Shown here piece by piece: positions 25,001-36,236 of a stretch of 40,372 nucleotides of DNA. The DNA is from Nemertoderma westbladi. Taxonomy: Eukaryota > Animalia > Xenacoelomorpha. A program made the position numbers and the translations under genes. The stretch's first letter is position 1. Each line of letters starts with the position of its first letter. The stretch covers positions 1 through 40,372 of the forward strand of contig JAUCBJ010001787.1 of NCBI GenBank assembly GCA_032718475.1, read 5' to 3'. The notes under the pieces were generated by a model, which worked only from the letters and a program-made list of their open reading frames with translations, was not told where the DNA came from and searched no databases.

Positions 25001-25565
25001 TCTCTTGGAACTATAATACGGTAAACAGTCCCTGGCGTGGAGGCAGCTGGGAGAGACTCATTAAGTCTATTAAACTAGCCTTCTACAAGACAATGCCGAC
25101 ACATAAAGTATTGACAGATGAAGAATTGGTCACACTCTTTGTAGAGATAGAACACATTTTAAACTCTAGACCAATTGCAATGATACCGGACACTGACGAT
25201 ACTGTAATCGCACTGACTCCGAATCATCTGTTGATGCAAAGTCCGACTCCTTTGGTTCCACATTCGTTCCCACAAGACAGCGACTTGTACAGTAGACGAG
25301 CGTGGAAGGTGACACAATTACTAGCTGACAGGTTTTGGGATCTATGGCGAACATAGGATGACATTGAGACATGAGACATTGGATGACTGGGGTTGTCATA
25401 GCAACATACCCAGACGTTAATGGTGTCATCCGAACAGTCAAAGTTAGAACATTAAATCGATAAGTTGTTGTGCGTCCAGTGCAACAACTGGTCCTGCTTG
25501 AGGAGTCTCGCTGTGAAACTGGAGATTATTCTATCCCCAGCAAGAAAGCGAGAAAATCTAAATAA
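25001..25565 (+). pseudogene. Element B integrase, C-terminal core and C-terminal domain
   Basis: SPWRGGSWERLIKSIK, EIEHILNSRP, LTPNHLL, then HWMTGVVIATYPDVNGVIRTVKV...RPVQQLVLLE after an internal deletion near 25355. Joins PKRI|SWNY across the RTE. Confidence 0.92.
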
Positions 25566-25833
25566 TGTTCACGTAAGTGAACATTGAATTTCAGAAACCT
25601 TGTCATCAAAGGAGAAATATTGATACCGGTAAGTCATATTTCCCATTGGGGCGGGCTTTTCGGATACTGAAATTCAAGAATCAAACAGTTAGAGATGTTG
25701 TGCTAACTACTAAGGGTTCAAATAAATATTATAAAATATTTTCTATTTAAAATTATTTATGTCCGATAAATAATACAAGTAGAAAAATTAGGAATAGAAC
25801 CTGAAACTTTCACACCGCTTGGCTTGGAGTGCA

Positions 25834-26850
25834 TCGTGAGTAATGTAACTTGCTTAAATGCTGGTAACGTTGCCTAGCAATGAGATGGATGTGACGTCCG
25901 AAGGCGAATCTTATTATCAAGCTTTCTTCTTGATACTACATGCTTGCTTTCTTTCTTTCTTGATTTTCTTATTTACTGCTTCTTCTTTCTAGGGAGAGTA
26001 CGCAGCGATTTTAGAATTCGCTAGTAGGTAAGATTAAAATTGGGACAGCGTCAGAATCCTATAACACGCTTCTACGTGCTAATCTGGGTAATCGTAACCA
26101 GGTGAGGCAATGCATTACTGCATGTACCTGGAACCTGTCGTGGCGTGAATGATAAACTGAAAAACTGAAACTGATTCCTCAACTAATTTCGCACTATTCA
26201 TTGGCTACGAATTATATATCCATATTCATTGGCTACGAATTATATATCCATATTCATTGGCTACGAATTATATATCCATATTCATTGGCTACGAATTATA
26301 TATCCATATTCATTGGTTACTACGAATTATATATCCATATTCTTTGGCTACGAATTATATATCCATATTCATTGGCTACGAATTATATATCCATATTCAT
26401 TGGCTACGAATTATATATCCGTATTCATTGGCTACGAATTATATATCCGTATTCATTGGCTACGAATTATATATCCATATTCATTGGCTACGAATTATAT
26501 ATCCATATTCATTGGCTACGAATTATATATCCGTATTCATTGGCTACGAATTATATATCCATATTCATTGGCTACGAATTTTTACATTGGCATGTTAAAT
26601 ACAGATTTGTGTATTATGTTTGTAGCAAATCAATAGTGTACGTCCCTTTAACAAAGGGTTGATGATAATTATATATTAATTCATGTAAACTTGAAATATT
26701 TACTTGAAGGTTCTAATAATAATTACCTTTTGTATTCTTGAAATATTTAGTTTGATTTTAATAATAATAATATTTTCTACGTGCATGGTTATAGTTATAA
26801 TATTTTATCTTTAATTTGTATTCGTAAAGAGTCTAGGTATAAAATCTTCA
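25834..26850 (+). repeat. Candidate 3' LTR of element B (unpaired in this window)
   Basis: Follows pol and a TGGAGTG motif, contains TGACGTC and ends in CA before an unrelated repeat. No partner LTR or TSD is visible, so boundaries are guesses. Confidence 0.3.
26195..26580. repeat. 28-bp minisatellite (TATTCATTGGCTACGAATTATATATCCA), about 13.7 copies
   Basis: Direct reading; one 31-bp variant and a few A/G variants. Confidence 0.97.
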
Positions 26851-26854
26851 TAAT

Positions 26855-27070
26855 GTGGGGCGAGCCACGAAGTGAGTGAGCCTTAGCGTAGTGGTACCAT
26901 TAATCAACCTGTCGTTCTGTCGTTCTGTCGCGTTTTTTTTCAGTATTTTATTTTAAACGTTAATAACTCGGCCAATCCATGATGAAATCTATCCAAACTT
27001 GGTACACATGTTGTTTGGCAAAAGTTTGAAAATTTTCCAAGTAGAATTTGCGTGGGGCCTTCGTGCAGCA
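26855..27070. mobile_element. Short interspersed repeat, Helitron/Helentron-associated-like fragment
   Basis: (CTGTCGTT)n microsatellite plus CCAAACTTGGTACACATG. Related in inverted orientation to 29014-29075 and 36938-36958. Confidence 0.45.
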
Positions 27071-27488
27071 TCAGTGTAACTGTTATTGCAGTTATGATAA
27101 ATTTATTTATCCAAATTTAAAATGCGTTAAATTATTATTACTGTAGGATAAATCAGCTGGGTTTCTGACAAATTTTGCAATTCTGCATGTACCATGTGTA
27201 CCGGTACTGTCAGGCTGTACTCAATCCCTGAATCGAGAATCCTGCAATCAGTCAATACTGCAATACTGGTCAGCCGGTACCATACACTGCAGACATGCCA
27301 TATCATGTAATCTAATTAAACATGGCCCCGGAACACTTGCGGTGATTATAGTTTAGGCTTAATTAGCCCAGTACCGGCACCGGTAATAATAATATAATAG
27401 TTTAGATAGTTACCGCTAATCATTCAGTCATTGGCGCGGTACACCGTATTGCTGTACTGCCGTTGTAGTGCGCACCGTAGGTACCACC

Positions 27489-29318
27489 CATGGCCTACTA
27501 CACACAGGCCATGACAAGGACTTTGCTGTGAAATTAGCGTAGGCTGACTGTGCTGATTATGGTACTGTCAGACTGTGGTACCTAAGCTATATACTGTTAG
27601 GTATATTGCTGTATTGGGGTGGGGTTAGGAATAATCCATTTGTTTTAGCATTGAACTGTTGAATCCCCTTATTTATTATAAAACCATTGGAAATATTCGC
27701 AAATTCCGCTCCATTACTGTCTGAAACGCTCCCGACAGTCCGATGTATCTGGACCCGAGCAGCCGAGTTGCTTCAAGAGGTGATTAACGGGGGAATACTA
27801 CGGAATTGCTTGTTTGTCAGTACGATTCTATTTGGGTATTTACTACACTCAGACACTGGGAATACGGCGGTCGGTCAGATCGTAATGCGGGCCACTGCCA
27901 AGTTCCTCATGCCTCACTCCGGTCACCCACCTTGGAGTGCGGTGGGAAGAGTCCCACTTACTGACTTACGTCGACGACTGGATGAATCGACGAGGATTGC
28001 GATCTGGGTTTAGCGGCGGCCCGGATCCTGGGATCGCCTGGGGGAAATGGTTGAACGTTGGGCAGACGTTATCGCACTGGATTACGTTCTCTGTGACGCG
28101 AAAGTGTGAAGCGAATTCGTTGTCGTATTGGGTCAGAAGCTGCGGGAATTCTACTGTTCTACGGGAGTAAACCGCAGCGGTCCGGTGACTACGGACGGAT
28201 ACTACTGGGATAAGCAGGTATTTCGATCGAGTTTCTCGTTTTCTCGATGCTCGAGGCGGATAGAGAGTTGGTTGTGTTGGGCGGTGTTGTTCAATTCTAT
28301 CAAACATATTAAATAATTGGTAAAATAATAAAAACACACCAGATATAGATACTGAGCTTATGGTAAAGAGATAGGCCAAACTTACAATTTCCAAATAGAT
28401 TGTTCATATAATAAATATATTTTTGGTATTTGATTTCAAGATAGAACTGGACGCAATAAAAATTCATCCCTCTCCAGGGGAAATTGGACGCAAATAACAA
28501 CAGCTGATTACTCTCAAAAATAAAACTGTAACCTGTTCTATTGTGTTTACTTTATTGTTTTGGTTAAAATAACGTGCCACTGTAACCTGCTCCTTTCCCA
28601 AAATTGAGAAATTAATATTGAGGCGGGATATTAATTCGCCAAGATGGGATTTGCGTCCAGTCCCACCCCCCTCCTATCTCTTGATTTTACTAAAAAATAG
28701 AATACATTGCATTTTACTGTTATAATTACTGTATTGAATAAAATAATTAATTTATTGTTTATTAAACCGTGCTAATCACGTTGAACTGGAGCTCTAACAA
28801 TTCCCCACTAGCGGCAGACAGGAACTGTAAAAGTCTCTGTAGAATTTCTAATTAAGCAATGCTCTTAGGTAACTACTACTAAATTTCAGATGAATCTGAT
28901 CGTTGGTTCTATAATTACAGCTATTTTTACGTTTCTGTTAATTCGACCCCTAGCGGCAGACCGGGGAACTGTAGAAGTCTGTCTGTGAGTAGAATTTCTA
29001 AATTTTTTATAGACTACATGTGTACCAAGTTTGGTTCCATTTCATCCATGATTGACCGCCTTATTAGCGTTCAAACATTCCTGCCACAAACACAGCCAGA
29101 GGCAGCCACAAACGAATAAAAGCTGCAGGAACTCGAGCGATAATTAATTTATTAATTATTAAATACTGTTTCAATTAAATTCTTTACGAAAATCTAGTCA
29201 TCTTCTTTTAGATATGGACCCTGCATTCATGGAAAATATAATATTTGATAATTCATCAGTCAGCCTACGCTAATTTCACAGCAAAGTCCTTGTCATGGCC
29301 TGTGTGTAGTAGGCCATG
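27489..29318. mobile_element. hAT-like non-autonomous element with 62-bp TIRs and 8-bp TSD
   Basis: 27489-27550 is the perfect reverse complement of 29257-29318. CA...TG termini; GTACCACC on both flanks (27481-27488, 29319-29326). Confidence 0.85.
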
Positions 29319-30287
29319 GTACCACCCTACTACCGGTACCGGCTGACCGCGTGACCGGTGGCAACTAGCACTTCAGCACTTGCACAGCAACAGCACTACC
29401 GGCGATACACAGGTTGAAATTTATGTAGAGTTTGCTCAACAGTACAGATATAAAATAGTTATCTAAATTATATATATTACTATTGACAAGTATTGAAAAA
29501 TATACCAGTAGTAATGGTTTGCCATCCTCGGCGACAGTTGGACCCACTTCGCACCTTGGGTGTTAAGTAGGTCATTAATTAATTAAACAATTAATTAATT
29601 GGTCGATTAAACAATTAATTAATTGTTTAATCAATCGATTTGTATCAAATAATGTTGCCAAAGGCAATTTAATTTGACACAAATCAATCAGATAGGGATG
29701 CGAGATGAATAGATTGTACTACAGCAAATGAAATATACAATACAATAGGAACAATAATACAATATACAGTACCGGTACATTTGTATTATTTTTGCCGTAC
29801 AATAGAATGATAGAATGAAATATAAACATGCGAGCGGGGCCCAAAACATAAATTAGCCTCACACGAAAATATAGTGGGCCAGTTTGGCCCTGAGTCAATC
29901 CCTCAATAATCTGTGGCTGTTTGGGCTCTTATTAGACGTAGCATGACTAATCCCATTGAATCCTATGTTGAGTTATACTGTATGTCAACGTGGGTCTGCC
30001 ACAAAGTTTAAATTATTTAAACCTCCAACTTCGTTATCATGCAAACCATTGTCAAATCGCCAGAGAAATTAGAATAAACATCTGGTCTTGCAATAGATTG
30101 CATTCTTTCACATTGTGTTGCGAAGGAGCCCGCGCGCCGGACCGCACATAATTAAATAAGGCCCTCTTTTAATACATAAGTTATATACAGTTTATCTTCA
30201 ATTTATTGAATTTGTTTTTATTTACAACCCTAATTGTTCTACTGCATTATAATTTATGTTTTATTATAACAAGCTATATCCTGTTAA

Positions 30288-31852
30288 CCCTATTAAACCC
30301 GGGGGGGGGGGGTCAATATGACCCCCCCCCCGTGGTTTTTTTATTATAATTCTGAAACAAACGCAGTTGGGAATCTGAAATTTTATGACTTTTCCTAAAA
30401 ATCTATTGTCTTCCTAGTAGTGAAAACCGTTTTCAAAAATATTGGGTAGTTTTCGAGTTATAGCACCATTTTTTAACCCTACTTTTGGCACTTTTTTTGA
30501 GACGTTTTTTGAAAAATACATTTCATTAAATATTAATTGTAACATCTCTATTTTTGATTTACACCGCTTTTTTGGTGTTAGCAATTGGATGGAATTCATA
30601 TAAATTGATTTAGAAATTTAAAACTTGTTTTTTTCGGCGGGTGCCAAATTTTGGTGCCAGCACCAAATTTTGAAATATGTCAATTTTGTAAATTGGTTGT
30701 TTGAAACTTGTTTTTTACGCAATTGGGGTATTTTGGGGTTCTGGTTTCGATGAAATATATACGAAATATATATATGCACCAAGCGTATCAAACTTGTATT
30801 TTTCGGTGCTGTGTGCTAATTTTGGTGCTAGAACGAAATTTTGAAAATCCATTCAATAGATAAAATTGCTTATGACAACTTATTTTTCGCGTTTTAGAGG
30901 TTTATGGCTGTTCTGAATTCAATGGAATATATAATTATCGAACTAGACATCTCAAACTTGTATTTTTCGGAAGTGGGTGCAAAATGTGGTGCTAGCACCA
31001 AATTTTGAAAACCATCAAATATATCAATTGATTGTGTCATCTTGTTTCTTGCGTTATACGGGTTTGTTACGGTTCTGAATTCAAAGGAATCAGTAAAAAT
31101 TTCATAAGAGTTTTCAATCTTGTATTTTTCGCCAGTGGGTGAAAATTGTTGTGCCAGCACCAAATTTTGGAAAATGAGTAAATTGATCAGTAGATAGTAT
31201 CATCTTGTTTCTTGCGTTATACGGGTTTATGAGGGTCCTGAATCCGATGGAATCAATAAAAACAGCACTGGACATCGCAAACTTGTACTTTTTGGTGATG
31301 GGTACGAAATTTGGTGCTAGCACCAAAATTTGCCAAATTACGCCGAAAAATACAAGTAGCAATGATCTGGCATATTTGAAATGTATTCCATTAGAATCAG
31401 CGCCCTAGAAAACCTGAAAATGTGAATCTATAGCATCGTATAAGTGAATTAAAAATTTTGTGTTCTAACTGAAAAGTGCTGGTTACTTGTTTTTTTCATT
31501 TTTTTCCTACGCATAGATAGCCATTTATGGTAATCATATCATTTTTAAATATTTTCCAATGTATTTTGCGCCCCAGAAAACCTGTATTGAAAAACAATTA
31601 ACCTAAAAATGTAACTTTCAAATTTTGTGAAAATTGTGCACTACTTGTAATTTTGGTGCTGCAATATTACCACCCCAGTACATTTTTTCGAAATTTTTTT
31701 TTTTCGTTCGGATCCAGACTAGTGATACCTACGTACAAACAAAAAATCAGACATTTTCGTTAATATTTGTAGATTTTAGAGGGGGGGGTCAATATGACCC
31801 CCCCCCCCGCCCCGGTATTTGTACAGCATTTTGTAGCCCGGTACTAATAGGG
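30288..31852. mobile_element. Second piggyBac-like non-autonomous element (CCCTATTA termini, TTAA TSD)
   Basis: TTAA|CCCTATTA...TAATAGGG|TTAA; the empty site with one TTAA is in the opposite arm (35347-35350). About five internal ~165-bp repeats; G-run-TCAATATGA-C-run hairpins near both ends. Confidence 0.93.
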
Positions 31853-32262
31853 TTAATCTTTATTAATTTTATTTGTACTGAGGTTTTCGAGGGCGCTGTT
31901 TCCAATGGTCCTACTCTCAAAACGATCTAACCTACTGTATAATTAATTACTTAAGTCTGCGAGGTATGCGTAATTAACAAACCTCGTTTACCAGTTTTCC
32001 TTAAAAAAAAATGAAGCTATATTGCTTAAGAGTACTGAGGGGCGAGCCATGAGGCAAGATGTTTGAGACTTATTTAGATATATTATTACTTAATTTTAAC
32101 CCCCCAATCGATATCTATTACAATATAGGCTATATCTTTTTGTGGAGTCACATAGTAGTCTGAAGTTCCCCAGTCTGCCGCTAGATGGCGAAATGTCTCA
32201 AAGTGAAAACCATGAAGTAGCTATGAATTGGTTGCTAGGCAATAATACTACATTTTGTATTT

Positions 32263-34281
32263 GAGTGAGGGAAGTGAGGGAAGTGAGGGAGTGAGGGAAG
32301 TGAAGGAAGTGAGGGAAGTGAGGGAAGTGAGGGAAGTGAGGGAAGTGAGGGAAGTGAGGGAAGTGAGGGAAGTGAGGGAAGTGAGGGAAGTGAGAGAAGT
32401 GAGGGGAGTGAGGGAGTGAGGGAAGTGAGGGAAGTGAGGGAGTGAGGGAAGTGAGGGAAGCGGAGGGAAGTGAGGGAAGTGAGGGAAGTGAGGGAAGTGA
32501 GGGAAGTGAGGGAGTGAGGGAAGTGAGGGGAGCGGAGGGAGTGAGGCAGTGGGGGAAGTGAGTGAGTGAGGGAGTGAGGCATTGAGGGAAGTGAGGGAGT
32601 GAGGGAAGTGAGGGAAGTGAGGGAGTGAGGGAAGTGAGGGAAGTGAGGCAGTGAGGGAAGTGAGGGAAGAGGGAGGGAGTGAGGGATTGAGGGAGGGAGT
32701 GAGGGAATGAGGGAGGGAAGTGAGGGAAGTGAGGGAAGTGAGGGAAGTGAGGGAAGTGAGGGAAGTGAGGGAAGTGAGGGAAGTGAGGGAAGTGAGGGAG
32801 TGAGGGAGTGAGGGAAGTGAGGGAAGTGAGGGAGTGAGGGAGTGAGGGAGTGAGGGAGTGATGGAGTGAGGGAGTGAGGGAGTGAGGGAGTGAGCGAGTG
32901 AGGGAGTGAGGGAGTGAGGCAGTGAGGGAAGTGAGGGAAGTGAGGGAAGTGAGGGAAGTGAGGGAAGTGAGGGAAGTGAGGGAAGTGAGGGAAGTGAGGG
33001 AAGTGAGGGAAGTGAGGGAAGTGAGGGAAGTGAGGGAAGTGAGGGAAGTGAGGGAAGTAAGGGAAGTGAGGAAGTGAGGGAAGTGAGGGAAGTGAGGGAA
33101 GTGAGGTAAGTGAAGGAAGTGAGGGAGTGAGGGAAGTGAGGGAGTGAGGGAAGTGAGGGAAGTGAGGGAAGTGAGGGAAGTGAGGGAAGTGAGGGAAGTG
33201 AGGGAAGTGAGGGAAGTGAGGGAGTGAGGGAAGTGAGGGAGTGAGGGAAGTGAAGGAAGTGAGGGAAGTGAGGGAAGTGAGGGAAGTGAGGGAAGTGAGG
33301 GAAGTGAGGGAGTGAGGGAAGTGAGGGAAGTGAGGGAAGTGAGGGAAGTGAGAGAAGTGAGGGGAGTGAGGGAGTGAGGGAAGTGAGGGAAGTGAGGGAG
33401 TGAGGGAAGTGAGGGAAGCGGAGGGAAGTGAGGGAAGTGAGGGAAGTGAGGGAAGTGAGGGAAGTGAGGGAGTGAGGGAAGTGAGGGGAGCGGAGGGAGT
33501 GAGGCAGTGGGGGAAGTGAGTGAGTGAGGGAGTGAGGCAGTGAGGGAAGTGAGGGAGTGAGGGAAGTGAGGGAAGTGAGGGAAGTGAGGGAAGTGAGGCA
33601 GTGAGGGAAGTGAGGGAATGAGGGAGGGAGTGAGGGAATGAGGGAGGGAGTGAGGGAATGAGGGAGGGAAGTGAGGGAAGTGAGGGAAGTGAGGGAAGTG
33701 AGGGAAGTGAGGGAAGTGAGGGAAGTGAGGGAGTGAGGGAGTGAGGGAAGTGAGGGAAGTGAGGGAGTGAGGGAGTGAGGGAGTGAGGGAGTGAGGGAGT
33801 GAGGGAGTGAGGGAGTGAGGGAGTGAGGGAGTGAGGGAGTGAGCGAGTGAGGGAGTGAGGGAGTGAGGCAGTGAGGGAAGTGAGGGAAGTGAGGGAAGTG
33901 AGGGAAGTGAGGGAAGTGAGGGAAGTGAGGGAAGTGAGGGAAGTGAGGGAAGTGAGGGAAGTGAGGGAAGTGAGGGAAGTGAGGGAAGTGAGGGAAGTGA
34001 GGGAAGTGAGGGAAGTGAGGGAAGTGAGGGAAGTGAGGGAAGTGAGGGAAGTGAGGGAAGTGAGGGAGTGAGGGAAGTGAGGGAAGTGAGGGAAGTGAGG
34101 GAAGTGAGGGAAGTGAGGGAGTGAGGGAAGTGAGGGAAGTGAGTGAAGTGAGGGAAGTGAGGGAAGTGAGGGAAGTGAGGGAAGTGAGGGAAGTGAGGGA
34201 AGTGAGGGAAGTGAGGGAAGTGAGGGAAGTGAGGGAGTGAGGGAAGTGAGGGAAGTGAGGGAAGTGAGGGAAGTGAGGGAG
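32263..34281 (+). repeat. G-rich satellite (GTGAGGGAA/GTGAGGGA)n with ~950-bp higher-order duplication
   Basis: Direct reading; the variant block at ~32390-32920 recurs at ~33350-33870. Confidence 0.97.
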
Positions 34282-34940
34282 TATGCCTCACTGCCTCACT
34301 ATGCCTCACTATGCCTCACTATGCCTCACTGCCTCACTATGCCTCACTATGCCTCACTATGCCTCACTGCCTCACTATGCCTCACTGCCTCACTATGCCT
34401 CACTGTGCCTCACTATGCTTCACTGCCTCACTATGCCTCACTGCCTCACTATGCCTCACTGCCTCACTATGCCTCAATATGCCTCACTATGCCTCACTAT
34501 GCCTCACTGCCTCACTATGCCTCACTATGCCTCACTGCCTCACTATGCCTCACTGCCTCACTATGCCTCACTGCCTCACTATGCCTCACTATGCCTCACT
34601 GCCTCACTATGCCTCACTATGCCTCACTGCCTCACTATGCCTCACTGTCTCACTATGCCTCACTATTCCTCACTGCCTCACTATGCCTCACTGCCTCACT
34701 ATGCCTCACTATGCCTCACTGCCTCACTATGCCTCACTGCCTCACTATGCCTCACTATTCCTCACTGTCTCACTATGCCTCACTGCCTCACTATGCCTCA
34801 CTGCCTCACTATGCCTCACTGCCTCACTGCCTCACTGCCTCACTGCCTCACTGCCTCACTGCCTCACTGCCTCACTGCCCCACTGCCTCACTGCCTCACT
34901 GCCTCACTGCCTCACTGCCTCACTGCCTCACTGCCTCACT
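34282..34940 (+). repeat. C-rich satellite (TATGCCTCAC/TGCCTCAC)n
   Basis: Direct reading; its reverse complement GTGAGGCA(TA) shares the GTGAGG core with the adjacent array. Confidence 0.97.
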
Positions 34941-36236
34941 CAAATACAAAATGTAGTGTTATTGCCTGGCAACCAATTCATAGCTACTGTATGGTTTTCA
35001 CTTTGAGACATTTCGCCCTCTAGCGGCAGACTGGGGAACTTCAGACTACTATGTGACTCCACAAAAAGATAGAGCCTATATTGTAATAGATACCGATTGG
35101 GGGGTTAAAAACAAGTAATAATATATCTAAATAAGTCTCAAACATCTTGCATCATGGCTAGCCCCTCAGAACTCTTAAGCAATATAGCTTCATAGTTTTT
35201 AAGGAAAACTGGTAAACGTGATTTGTTAATTACACATACCTCGCAGACTTAAGTAATTAATTATATAGTAGGTTAGATCGTTTTGAGAATAGGACCGTTG
35301 GAAACAGCGCCCTCGAAAACATCAGTACAAATAAAATTAATAAAGATTAACAGGATATAGCTTGTTATAATAAAACATAAATTATAATACAGTAGAACAA
35401 TTAGGGTTGTAAATAAAAACAAATTCAATAAATTGAAGATAAACTGTATATAACTTATGTATTAAAAGAGGGCCTTATTTAATTATGTGCGGTTGGGCGC
35501 GCAGGCTGCTTCACAACACAATGTGAAAGAAGTCAATCTATTGCAAACCAGATGTTATTCTAATTTTCTTGGGCGATTTGACAATGGTCTACATGATAAT
35601 GAGGCTGGAGGCTTAAATTAACATATGCGCTCGTATGTGCGGTAATTAATGGTTGTAGTTGGCCTATGTGCGATTGAGGTAATGCTGGCGCGTAATATGC
35701 AAACCGAAGGTTTCCAATCTTACATGATAACGAAGCTAAAGGCTAGCAAGGCAACATACCAAGGCAGTCCCCACCCACACGTTTGAGCCAAGGCCAAACT
35801 GGTCCATTTTATTTTCGTGTGAGGCTAATTTATGTTTTGGGCCCCGATCGCATCTTTATATTTCATTCTACATTTACCTTCTATTGTACGGTAAAAATAA
35901 TACAAATGTACTGTATATTGTATTGTATAGTGCCTATTGTGTTGTATATTTCATCTACTGTAGTACAATCTATTCATCGCGCGTCCCCTATCTGATTGAT
36001 ATGTGTCAAATTAAATTGCCTTTGGCAACATTATTTGATACAAATCGATCGATTAAACAATTAATTAATTGTTTAATCGACCAATTAATTAATTGTTTAA
36101 TTAATTAATGACCTACTTAACACCCAATGTGCGAAGTTGGTCTAACTGTCGCAGAAGTAGGGTAAACCATTACTACTTATACCGTTATTCGTGTTATCAG
36201 TATTTGCAACATCTGACATTGAAGAGGTGAGAGAAG

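Larger units (their letters stand above)
29507..36177. mobile_element. 6.7-kb foldback element, probable non-autonomous Polinton/Maverick derivative
   Basis: ~1.2-kb inverted arms (29507-32266 minus an insertion; 34937-36177), AGTAGT...ACTACT termini, TATACC on both flanks (29501-29506, 36178-36183), no coding content. Confidence 0.65.

Noticed and set aside
26195-26662. CRISPR-like array or protein-coding ORFs in three frames
   Set aside because: Contiguous 28-bp units with no unique spacers; the ORFs arise from a stop-free repeat.
32263-34281. Canonical interstitial telomere
   Set aside because: The motif is not TTAGGG or TTAGG; only the topology is similar, which is reported separately.
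32198-35023. Long ORFs (703, 246, 239, 231 aa)
   Set aside because: Translations of simple satellites.
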